This document shows positions 37,198 to 45,451 of a DNA stretch of 60,008 nt, in pieces (positions within the stretch are counted from its first letter, which is position 1; each line of letters opens with the position of its first letter). The notes beneath the pieces were generated by a model. That model searched no databases. It was not told the origin of the DNA and worked only from the letters and a program-made list of their open reading frames with translations. Location: contig CAYQRB010000001.1 of NCBI GenBank assembly GCA_964420145.1, positions 1-60,008 on the forward strand, given 5' to 3'. Position numbers and translations under genes: made by a program. Origin of the DNA: an uncultured Candidatus Saccharibacteria bacterium. GTDB lineage: Bacteria; Patescibacteriota; Dojkabacteria; B142; OLB20.

Positions 37198-37410
37198 AAA
37201 GCCTGGATTGTCTCTATTTCTATTTATAAATACTTTTCAACCGGTTCAATTATTTGGGGAACTATATCAGTACATACAAATATTACAGAAATTCAGTCAT
37301 CCTTTCTCGTAGATTTTGGGGATCCGCACATAGGAAGCTGTAAGGGTTGTATGCAACTCACTACCGTAGGGGGGTGCAATCTTTGTGTTGAGTGCCACAA
37401 CAAATACTAA
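37198..37410 (+). pseudogene. 3'-terminal relic of a paralog of the 484-aa zinc-ribbon gene
   Basis: The startless open frame translates to ...TGSIIWGTISVHTNITEIQSSFLVDFGDPHIGSCKGCMQLTTVGGCNLCVECHNKY*. This aligns with the last ~55 aa of the 34692-36146 product at roughly 60 percent identity by eye, and the nucleotide similarity is also obvious. Confidence 0.7.
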
Positions 37411-37431
37411 CCTCGCTACACTCCTATTATC

Positions 37432-38190
37432 TTATCGGACTCTAATGTTTTTTGTAGCCCTTCCTTTGACGACTTTATTTGGATACTCTACTCTTAAATC
37501 TAGGGTTTCTGTACAAGTTCCCTTTTTCTCCCCTTTTACTCCGACATTAGTTGTGGATTTAAAGGATTCAAGTGTACCTCGACATACTCCGTTATTTTTT
37601 GCTTGCCAACTCCAATTTATCCAGCTATATCCAGCAGGACCTTTATATGTTGAATCTAACCATACAGTCTCTCCTACCCTTGCACTTGATCGTCCAGAAA
37701 TACTAATTCGAACAGTCTCAGAAGGAAGTACAGTCATACTATCACTAACACTTCCTGGTATTATCACTGTATCACCCATCTCATTACCAGTATTTTTTGG
37801 ATAGTAATATGCTGAGGCATCAACTTTTACATTACAACTTCCGACCTTATCCATAGGGTAAAGCTTACTTGTATACCAGGTAGATGTAGTTGTAGTAATT
37901 TTCTTTCCACAGACATCCCAATTCCAAGAATATTTATCTGCATCCATCGTGTTAAGAAACTTCACTTCTAGCGAAACATTATCTCCTTTGGCAACTACTT
38001 TTTGTCTAGACAAAGAGAGGTTATTCCCTTGAACAGTAATATATTTAACTCCAAAGGCACTTACCTCTTCTTGTTCTGTTTTTTGAGAAAGATAGTTAGC
38101 AAAAAAAAGCAAACCAGCCATCAGTACAAAAAATAAAACAACCATTACTAAAGTTTTTCTTTGTTTATTTGAAGATCGTTTAGAAGCCAT
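37432..38190 (-). CDS. membrane-anchored extracytoplasmic protein with two Ig-like repeats
   Basis: MASKRSSNKQRK plus a TM helix. Repeated YSWNWDVCGKK...GSCNVKV and YSWINWSWQAKNNGVCRGT...GTCTETL modules. The track ORF extends to 38241, but Met18 looks like the real start. Confidence 0.5.
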   Translation of the reverse strand: MASKRSSNKQRKTLVMVVLFFVLMAGLLFFANYLSQKTEQEEVSAFGVKYITVQGNNLSLSRQKVVAKGDNVSLEVKFLNTMDADKYSWNWDVCGKKITTTTSTWYTSKLYPMDKVGSCNVKVDASAYYYPKNTGNEMGDTVIIPGSVSDSMTVLPSETVRISISGRSSARVGETVWLDSTYKGPAGYSWINWSWQAKNNGVCRGTLESFKSTTNVGVKGEKKGTCTETLDLRVEYPNKVVKGRATKNIRVR

Positions 38191-38436
38191 TGTTACTAAT
38201 ACTGAAATATAATATTTAATATAAGATAACTTATATACCACACTTTGTAAAGAAATCGCTTAATTATTATCAAAAACCCGATAGTCCCCTAGTTAAAGGT
38301 GATTTTGTCCCCAAACCCCTGTATGTTTTAGCAGAATCAAAATCATCAGAAACACCTTAAAGCAGAAACTCACAAACGATAACCAATATGAAAAATACCT
38401 TGAATAATCTACTTCACAACATATTTACCTAATCAA

Positions 38437-38934
38437 CTATGAAATCGCTTCTTGTGGCGGAACTTGTGAATTAATTGTAACCACAGACTTATATTTTTTC
38501 GCACTAAGATAGTAACTTATCAAAACAACTAGTTCTGGTCTAGCGATCACCCGAAGATCCAAAAGGAGGGAATCTAATGAGAATAGTAATAAAAATATAA
38601 CTACAAAAAATATCATCGATATGCCCATCGACAACAAGAAGCTCTTGTTATCAGGACCGTTATATTTCCGGAATATTTTGCTGTTTATATTCTTATATAC
38701 AAGGAAAACGAAGATGAAAAACAATATTACCTCGATAAAAATACTTACATGTAAAAAATTGAAGCCTAAACGAATATTAAGTAACGCATTAATTATGTTT
38801 GTAGTAATCATAACTATGAACATAGCTATAACAAAAGGGAGACCAGTTAGTAGTATTAAACTTATAATATTTGGGAAAAGTGAATACCATAATAAATAAT
38901 TTATTATTTTTGATCGTTTGTTATTCTCCTCCAT
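38437..38934 (-). CDS. polytopic hypothetical membrane protein (165 aa)
   Basis: Four hydrophobic segments. No motif recognised. Confidence 0.45.
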   Translation of the reverse strand: MEENNKRSKIINYLLWYSLFPNIISLILLTGLPFVIAMFIVMITTNIINALLNIRLGFNFLHVSIFIEVILFFIFVFLVYKNINSKIFRKYNGPDNKSFLLSMGISMIFFVVIFLLLFSLDSLLLDLRVIARPELVVLISYYLSAKKYKSVVTINSQVPPQEAIS

Positions 38935-38960
38935 TATTCAGGTAATAAATTAATTTAATA

Positions 38961-39230
38961 CTATAACGACTCCTTCACTTTTATAAGTCTAACTGCTAAA
39001 GGCAAGATAATCAAGACATATATGACACCCCAAATAAAGTACATTCCGTTTATATTTACCCTTTCTATAATTAGTCCGGAAATCCTGATAATAATATATT
39101 CGAACATACTATCGGGACTTACAAACAATATTGACACTGTTTGTTCAAAAGCAAATACATAGTACGGTCGTGCGGTGGGGACAAAGCACCGAATTTTATT
39201 TAAACCATACATATTGCTATACTTTGACAA
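38961..39230 (-). CDS. small hypothetical membrane protein (89 aa)
   Basis: ORF with one C-terminal TM helix. Weak support. Confidence 0.3.
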   Translation of the reverse strand: MSKYSNMYGLNKIRCFVPTARPYYVFAFEQTVSILFVSPDSMFEYIIIRISGLIIERVNINGMYFIWGVIYVLIILPLAVRLIKVKESL

Positions 39231-39258
39231 ATTATCTAAATTTATTTCTAATTACATT

Positions 39259-39510
39259 ATGAGTAAAACCCCATCACCTACTATAAAAATAGTTACTTCT
39301 ATAGGACTAGGATTAACTATGGCAGTAGTTTCCTGGATAGTTTTTTATATTTCGTCCATTACCCTTGGTCATTTTATTCCAGAAGTTAGGGAAACTGAAC
39401 TGGAAATAGCTTCTGCAGTAAGAACATCTCTATACTTAATGCAGGCTTTCTTTTCAATCCAAGTATGGTTTTTCTCAACACTCTATTTCTTTGATAGATA
39501 TCGAAGATAA
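39259..39510 (+). CDS. small hypothetical membrane protein (83 aa)
   Basis: The ATG at 39259 (MSKTPSPTIK) is preferred over the GTG at 39175, which overlaps the divergent gene. Two TM helices. Confidence 0.4.
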   Translation: MSKTPSPTIKIVTSIGLGLTMAVVSWIVFYISSITLGHFIPEVRETELEIASAVRTSLYLMQAFFSIQVWFFSTLYFFDRYRR

Positions 39511-39525
39511 ATTATTAAACTATAT

Positions 39526-40302
39526 ATGACAACACCCCCTCCCCCTCTAAACTCAAATTTGAAACCGAATAAAAAAAATTATAAAGAGGAAATTAAAAAA
39601 TTATTAACAAGTACAAAACCAGTAGAGATGGTGATTTATATTTCTGATATCCTTTTTATGTTTTGTTCTTTTCTACTCTTCCTTATAATTTTTTTGACAG
39701 CTTTAAGTAATTATAAGACAAATTTCCCAGATACAATTTTTGCCAAATCAACAATAATCACCGGAATTTTACTATTTGCACTAGGGAAACATCTACAAAA
39801 CCCCAAGCATAAAAGAAGTCGAAAAAAACAAATGCCACTAAGAGAAAGATTAAATAAAGCTGCTGAAAAGTACCTATTATATTTCCTATATTTTATATAT
39901 GCAATAAGTCTCTCATATATAATCTATGCTTTTTTCTCGCCTGAAATGGGTCTACAATACTACGATATACTCAAAGATGGCCTCACTGAGATGTATCAAT
40001 TCTACTATTGGTTAATTATTATCGCCATCCCTCTGTTCTTGCTTATGATTACTCTATCTACTACATTCTTTCTCCTGGCTATGTTAGGCAACCATAATAA
40101 AATTATAAAAATTATTTTTTCAATACTTGGAATGATCACTCTTTTGGGCTTCAGATATATTCTCGAACTAGATCTCATAGATTATATAGACACAGAAAAA
40201 GCAAACAGGTTAGGTACCTTTTTAGTTGGTCCGTTGGTCATTTATTTGGTAAGATTACTGTTCTTTCGACAATGGATAGTCTTTCCTGAAGAAAATGAAT
40301 AA
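39526..40302 (+). CDS. polytopic hypothetical membrane protein (258 aa)
   Basis: Pro-rich N-terminus and at least 5 TM helices. The stop overlaps the NUDIX gene start. Confidence 0.5.
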   Translation: MTTPPPPLNSNLKPNKKNYKEEIKKLLTSTKPVEMVIYISDILFMFCSFLLFLIIFLTALSNYKTNFPDTIFAKSTIITGILLFALGKHLQNPKHKRSRKKQMPLRERLNKAAEKYLLYFLYFIYAISLSYIIYAFFSPEMGLQYYDILKDGLTEMYQFYYWLIIIAIPLFLLMITLSTTFFLLAMLGNHNKIIKIIFSILGMITLLGFRYILELDLIDYIDTEKANRLGTFLVGPLVIYLVRLLFFRQWIVFPEENE

Positions 40303-40753
40303 ATTTAACAATGTAATTTTTGGACAAAAAGCTTTCGTACTAAAAGACGGGAAAATTTTGATAATCAAGCGTAAAGACGTCGATATTTTCTCTGGGATGT
40401 GGGATGTTCCTGGAGGAAAAATTGAGTCGGAAGATACTTTATCTGGTGCGATTGCTCGCGAGATTAAAGAAGAAACCGGTTTGAAACTAACCAAGATTCT
40501 TTTAATATTAAGTACCTCAAAATTCACCGAAAGCCTCGGTGACCACCCAACGATATCGAGAAATATTTATTTGTGTAGAGCCAAAGGCGAAGTCGAATTA
40601 AGCAGTGAGCATTCTGAGTTTTTATAGGTTAAGCCGGAAAACGTAAAAGATTACAATTTTCCGGAAGATGAAGATTTCAAGAGGGTGTTGGAACGGTTAC
40701 CAGATTTGCTGAAAACACTTGAACTAAAACAGGAATACTCGGAGGTACTTTAA
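40295..40753 (+). pseudogene. NUDIX hydrolase interrupted by an in-frame TAG (40625-40627)
   Basis: NUDIX box GGKIESEDTLSGAIAREIKEETGL. The ORF stops at SEHSEFL-TAG, but the same frame continues as VKPENVKDYNFPEDEDF... to TAA at 40751-40753. The TAG sits where NUDIX proteins usually have Trp (E-x-x-E-x-x-W-V). Confidence 0.65.
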
Positions 40754-40814
40754 GTTTTGGCTTGTATTCTAACAGAAGTATGTGATATATTATCTATGAT
40801 TTATTATAGATAAT

Positions 40815-41066
40815 ATGCAGACGACATCTACAGAATTTCAACAAAACGTGGGATTTTATCTAAGAGAAGCCGAGAAAGGTAAGATTATAACGATAAAAAA
40901 ACTTAAACCCGTCAAATCCTCTTTTAAACTCACACTGGAAAAAAGTGAGCAAGACTACGATAAAAAACAGTCTCGGAACGAAAAGATCCTAAATCTTATT
41001 GAAGAATTAAACATACAAAACCCTTCCGAATCCGGTTTGGATTTCCAAAAAAGAGTTAGAAGCTAA
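40815..41066 (+). CDS. Phd/YefM-like antitoxin
   Basis: 83 aa. N-terminal TSTEFQQNVGFYLREAEKGKIITI resembles prevent-host-death antitoxins. It lies 1 nt upstream of a PIN gene. Confidence 0.6.
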   Translation: MQTTSTEFQQNVGFYLREAEKGKIITIKKLKPVKSSFKLTLEKSEQDYDKKQSRNEKILNLIEELNIQNPSESGLDFQKRVRS

Positions 41067-41067
41067 A

Positions 41068-41436
41068 ATGAAAATACTAGACACCAACTTTATAATCTCA
41101 TTATTTAACCAAACCGACAAAAATCATACAACGGCGAAGGATATGTTCTTCTCTTTAGGTGAAGATGAAAAGATCAGAGTCCCGTTTATAGTTGCAGCCG
41201 AACTCGCGGTGAGTGAAGACTCCCGAAAATTACTTGAGGCATCGAAAGCAATAAGCTCGAAATTTCTTGTAAACAGCGAAACAGATTTAGATTATATTTC
41301 GAAAACTCCTACAAAAACTAAAAAACAGTTAAAAGCGAATGATTGTTTATTGATCGCACTATGCGAACGACATAATGCGGATTTAATGACCTTCGACAAA
41401 GCCTTGAAAACAAACTTTAGTATTAATCAAATTTAA
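41068..41436 (+). CDS. vapC: PIN-domain toxin (VapC-like)
   Basis: MKILDTNFIISL (first acidic residue), AAELAV and NDCLLIALC...DLMTFD are consistent with the PIN fold. Confidence 0.7.
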   Translation: MKILDTNFIISLFNQTDKNHTTAKDMFFSLGEDEKIRVPFIVAAELAVSEDSRKLLEASKAISSKFLVNSETDLDYISKTPTKTKKQLKANDCLLIALCERHNADLMTFDKALKTNFSINQI

Positions 41437-41526
41437 AAAATACAGAAAGAAGTGGAAAATTCCACTTAAATGCTAAAATCTGAAGTCGTTTCTTCTCTGC
41501 GATAAGATAATTTTTAAAATACCTAA

Positions 41527-42546
41527 ATGAACTGGAAAAATAAAAAAATTTTAGTCACCGGCGGTGCAGGATTTATCGGTTCTAATCTAACAAATCATCT
41601 GCTAGCAGAAGGTGCAGAAGTTACCATCTTGGATAATTTATCCAGACAAAATGTTGCCAAGAACCTTGCCTGGTTACAAGACTTCAGCTCTAAACTTAAA
41701 TTTATAGAAGCTGATATCAGATCCAGTGAGGATCTAGATGACGCAGTCAAAGATAAAGATATTATTTTTCATGAAGCTGCACAAGTTGCTGTAACCGATT
41801 CAGTGGAGGACCCAATCCTTGATTTTGAAATAAATGCTAGAGGAAGTTTAAACCTACTTGAGTCGACTAGAAAACATAACCCCAAAGCAATTTCTGTCTA
41901 TGCCTCAACTAACAAAGTTTATGGTGGATTAGAAAATTTCACGGTCAGAGAAGAGGAGAATAAATATACTTTTTCTGATGCCAGCTTAATTCAAGGGGTT
42001 TCAGAAAAAATAAATCTAGATTTCCACTCTCCTTACGGTTGCTCAAAAGGAACTGCTGATCAATACTTTATTGACTATGCAAGAATTTATAACCTTAAGA
42101 CTTTAGTATTTCGGCAATCTTGTATTTATGGTCCACGGCAGTGGGGTACAGAAGATCAAGGCTGGATTTTTCACTTTTTAAAACTTGCGTATCAAAAGAA
42201 TACTCTAAAAATATTCGGAAATGGGAAACAGGTACGAGATTTACTCTATATCGATGATCTAATAAATGCTTATGAATTAGCAATTACAAACATAGAGAAG
42301 ACTTCTGGGCAAGCGTATAACATCGGTGGTGGACTGAAAAATTCTATCTCCCTTTTAGAGGCAATTGATGTAATCTCTCAAATTTTGAATTCGGAAGTTA
42401 AAACTGAATTTTTTGAGCCCCGTCCCGGAGATCAGAAAGTATTTATTAGCAATAATTCCAAGGCTTTGAAAGATTTTGGCTGGTCTCCAGAGGTAAGCGT
42501 ATCACAAGGACTGGAGAAGTTACTGGAGTGGGTTAAACAAATTTAA
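41527..42546 (+). CDS. NAD-dependent sugar-nucleotide epimerase/dehydratase (CDP-paratose 2-epimerase-like SDR)
   Basis: KILVTGGAGFIGSNL Rossmann motif and catalytic SPYGCSKGTADQY. Confidence 0.85.
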   Translation: MNWKNKKILVTGGAGFIGSNLTNHLLAEGAEVTILDNLSRQNVAKNLAWLQDFSSKLKFIEADIRSSEDLDDAVKDKDIIFHEAAQVAVTDSVEDPILDFEINARGSLNLLESTRKHNPKAISVYASTNKVYGGLENFTVREEENKYTFSDASLIQGVSEKINLDFHSPYGCSKGTADQYFIDYARIYNLKTLVFRQSCIYGPRQWGTEDQGWIFHFLKLAYQKNTLKIFGNGKQVRDLLYIDDLINAYELAITNIEKTSGQAYNIGGGLKNSISLLEAIDVISQILNSEVKTEFFEPRPGDQKVFISNNSKALKDFGWSPEVSVSQGLEKLLEWVKQI

Positions 42547-42752
42547 GAGAGGTGAGGTTTAAGCTCACCCTGCTATGCACAACCCCCACATAGATGCTTA
42601 TTTTAAGGTTGCCGAAATATCTGATAAAGATATTGAGAATACTATTTTTGGTGACGAGGGGTAAGACCGGAGAATGTTTAGTCTTGACGAGTTTATGAAT
42701 ACAAACGAAGTTGTAGAGTCATTAAAAGGGCGCCTAAAGACCTATCTTGACG

Positions 42753-43367
42753 CTAAAGTTCAGGGATAAGCTGTTTCAGGTCGTTTTCGAGTTGTTCAGG
42801 ATTAACAAATGTTATGCCACGAATACCAACTTGTGAGGCAGCTTGTGCATTTTCTGGGTCGTCGTCAATAAATATGGTTTTTTCTGGATCTGCCTTTAGA
42901 ACATCAAGGGCGTACTCGTAAATATCGCTACTTGGCTTGCGCAAACCTATCTCGTGTGAAAGTAATACCATATCAAAACCATCATACAAGCCAGCCTCTC
43001 GCAAGGCTTTTGCATGCGGTTCAATTGTATTTGACAAAACAGCCGTGTTTATACCAAGTTTACCTAAATCGTGAACAAGCTTGCTAACTTCTACAAAAGG
43101 AACAAGTTGTTCTATAAATGCTCGTCCTAGCAGGTTTTCACTTAAATCAATATTGCGTAATCCGTGTTTTTTACTTACCAGTTGCCAGAACTCGCTTTCA
43201 TCAACTTTACCTGACCCAAGTAAAGGTATTTCCTCTGCCCAAATCTGCGACAAAACCTCCTTATCAATACCAAGCTCGTCCGTCAGGTCTTTCGTAACTG
43301 CCGAGTTGTTTTCGTGCAATACTCCACCTGCATCAAAAATAACAGTTTCAATTTTGCTCATAACCAC
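42753..43367 (-). CDS. HAD-superfamily hydrolase (subfamily IA)
   Basis: Motif I VIFDAGGVL, motif II VLSNT, motif III/IV K...IFIDDDPENAQAA. Confidence 0.8.
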   Translation of the reverse strand: MVMSKIETVIFDAGGVLHENNSAVTKDLTDELGIDKEVLSQIWAEEIPLLGSGKVDESEFWQLVSKKHGLRNIDLSENLLGRAFIEQLVPFVEVSKLVHDLGKLGINTAVLSNTIEPHAKALREAGLYDGFDMVLLSHEIGLRKPSSDIYEYALDVLKADPEKTIFIDDDPENAQAASQVGIRGITFVNPEQLENDLKQLIPEL

Positions 43368-43615
43368 ATTATATAACAGATACGCTCCTCTGTCCCCTGA
43401 GACAAGAGTTAAAAAAACACAAAAGAATCGCTTATGGGAGTGATATTCCTGGAAAAACCCCGTTATTGGTAAAGATGGCAGGAATAGACACAGACCATAA
43501 CTCAGGTTAAGTTCAAACTTCGCTCATGCTCGTTTTCACTAACACCTGGTATATCGAACCCTACGGGTTCTTCAGTTAGATATCCACACCGCTTTCGACT
43601 TTATCGGAATCACTG

Positions 43616-44059
43616 TGGAGATGGCGGGAATCGAACCCGCGTCCAAACCTGACCAAAACCTCCCACTACAAGTTTAGTTAATTTGGTTTGAAGTAGCTTG
43701 ATCAAAATTAACAAAAGCCAAACTACTTTGATTTATAAATTCTTGGGGTTTAAGTATAAATCAAACTTAAACCTTGTATTTCGACTATGTTGCTCCTCTA
43801 TCCCCTCGCCGAAAGAAGGAAAATAGAGAAGGTTGCCGATTTAATTAGGCAACAGCAAAGTTAATAGCTGGCTCTATGCCAAAAAATGCAGCTACTTTCG
43901 CAGATGCACTATCAAACATTGCTATAAATTTGTTTTTGACGCTTATTGTCAAATCTCTGATTACTCAGAGCCATTATGTCTTTGTTTAACGAAGCGACAC
44001 AATGAACACCTCGACCTGCGGTAGATCTCGGTTCAAATCTGTCGAAGCCGATCATCCCC
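43616..44059 (-). ncRNA. ssrA: tmRNA (SsrA)
   Basis: 5' GGGGATGATCGGCTTCGACAG... and 3' ...GGACGCGGGTTCGATTCCCGCCATCTCCA. The acceptor stem GGGGATG/CATCTCC includes the G3-U wobble. T-arm GCGGG-TTCGATT-CCCGC. The internal tag frame ends ...GCT ATT AAC TTT GCT GTT GCC TAA (AINFAVA*). CCA is not encoded. Confidence 0.9.
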
Positions 44060-44206
44060 TTTTTCCCAAAAAATATAAATTTGTTGGCAAACAGGGAATA
44101 CTACATTGTAGCACGGAATATGTGATATAGGTATCATCTGTAATACAAACTAATCTTCTTATCTTTATATATTTCCGCTATTATATTACTGATAGTTAAC
44201 TAATCA

Positions 44207-45451
44207 ATGCAACATAACATCGTCTTAATTGACGACAACTTTGCGATACGGCAGATTATCGAAGTATTTTTTGCCCGCTTAGAAAAAAAATATTTAATAG
44301 ATATCAATGTGTTTTCGGCTGATAACGGAGTTGAAGGACTTGGCTATGTCTATATTATGACACCACAAATCGTGATAGTGGATACGACCTTGCCCAAATA
44401 TTCTGGTCGAGAGGTTTTGGACTTTTTTATTCAAAACCCTAAATTCCACGGTCAAGATACTCGGGTAATCGTCTTGCACGAATTATCAACAATCGAGGTA
44501 AATCTACCACCTGATTTTTATTTAATTAGAAAAGATCAACCACAGTCTTTTCATCAACTTTCAGAGCTCCTGATCGAGTTACTAAAAATATCTGATTACA
44601 GCAAGACAAAAGCACTGTTTAATAAATTAGCAAACTTTGTGTTTCATAACAGTAACGAAGATGACTTACTCTTGAGGAGACTAGAAGGGAAATCTCTTTT
44701 AAGCAGGTTGGTACTACGGATAAAGTGGGTTTGGTTAGAATTCACCAGTAGTATAACCTTAACCCTATTATTGCTGATTTTTGGAAAACCCAACGATAAT
44801 AATGTGACTCCAAAAGGTAGTAAAAAAGAAACTTTTCGATTCAAACACTATCCAATTCTTATTATCTCTATTTTTTCATTTGCCATAATAGTAATCAATT
44901 TCAGTCTATTTTTCCTTGGACGGATAAACACCAACGACCTTACTGGTGGAAATATCATATTGGAAGGAAATTACACTCCTTCTCCCGAGTCGATTACTAA
45001 TCATCCTACATTTAGATCAATCACCTTAAACATAACTCAAACAATCAATTCTACAAAAGAACACAGGAGTTCTTCTACTAGCTTATTTGATACAGTTACA
45101 GGAGTAGGAGAAAATATTCAATTTTTAAATAATAGACTTAGGTATTTTTTATCAATGCAGTTTATACCAGATAATAAAAAAATCCTCTCCCCTACAAATC
45201 TCAATTTATTATTATTTTTTATAACCATCATTGTTATTTCTTTGCTATCTAAGAACAGACGATTTTTCCTCTGGAAAAAAGATTATGAATCGGTAAACTC
45301 ATTTGAACTTGGACTCATAATCCTTGCTATTGGATTTACCTACGGAGCATTTGTAATTACTGATACACTGACTCTGATCAACTATATAGTCTTTACCCTA
45401 TATCTACTTATAATTGTATTAGCAGGAGTATTTTACCTTATAAAAGACTAG
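44207..45451 (+). CDS. response-regulator receiver domain fused to a polytopic membrane domain
   Basis: REC motifs NIVLIDDN, QIVIVDTTLPKYSGREVL and VIVLHE. The C-terminal ~240 aa carry about 5 TM helices. No histidine kinase nearby. Confidence 0.6.
   Translation: MQHNIVLIDDNFAIRQIIEVFFARLEKKYLIDINVFSADNGVEGLGYVYIMTPQIVIVDTTLPKYSGREVLDFFIQNPKFHGQDTRVIVLHELSTIEVNLPPDFYLIRKDQPQSFHQLSELLIELLKISDYSKTKALFNKLANFVFHNSNEDDLLLRRLEGKSLLSRLVLRIKWVWLEFTSSITLTLLLLIFGKPNDNNVTPKGSKKETFRFKHYPILIISIFSFAIIVINFSLFFLGRINTNDLTGGNIILEGNYTPSPESITNHPTFRSITLNITQTINSTKEHRSSSTSLFDTVTGVGENIQFLNNRLRYFLSMQFIPDNKKILSPTNLNLLLFFITIIVISLLSKNRRFFLWKKDYESVNSFELGLIILAIGFTYGAFVITDTLTLINYIVFTLYLLIIVLAGVFYLIKD

Noticed and set aside
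42560-42770. Two mini-ORFs (about 29 and 31 aa, starting MHNPHIDAYFKV… and MFSLDEFMNTNEVVESLKG…) in the spacer after the epimerase gene, plus a GGTGAG-N7-CTCACC hairpin
   Set aside because: They are too short to support and could equally be gene fragments or chance ORFs. The hairpin lacks a U-tract, so I did not call a terminator.
42753-43440. Impression of a GC-richer, possibly foreign segment around the HAD gene next to tmRNA
   Set aside because: Spot counts gave about 40 percent GC, but groEL is similar or higher (about 45 percent in one 60-nt sample). The difference therefore reflects gene type rather than clear horizontal origin, and it cannot be supported without windowed statistics.
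44060-44206. Attempted promoter call for ssrA (TTGCCA … TATATT)
   Set aside because: Spacing between candidate -35 and -10 hexamers and the distance to the mature 5' end do not fit well. tmRNA is processed from a precursor, so the start cannot be inferred here.
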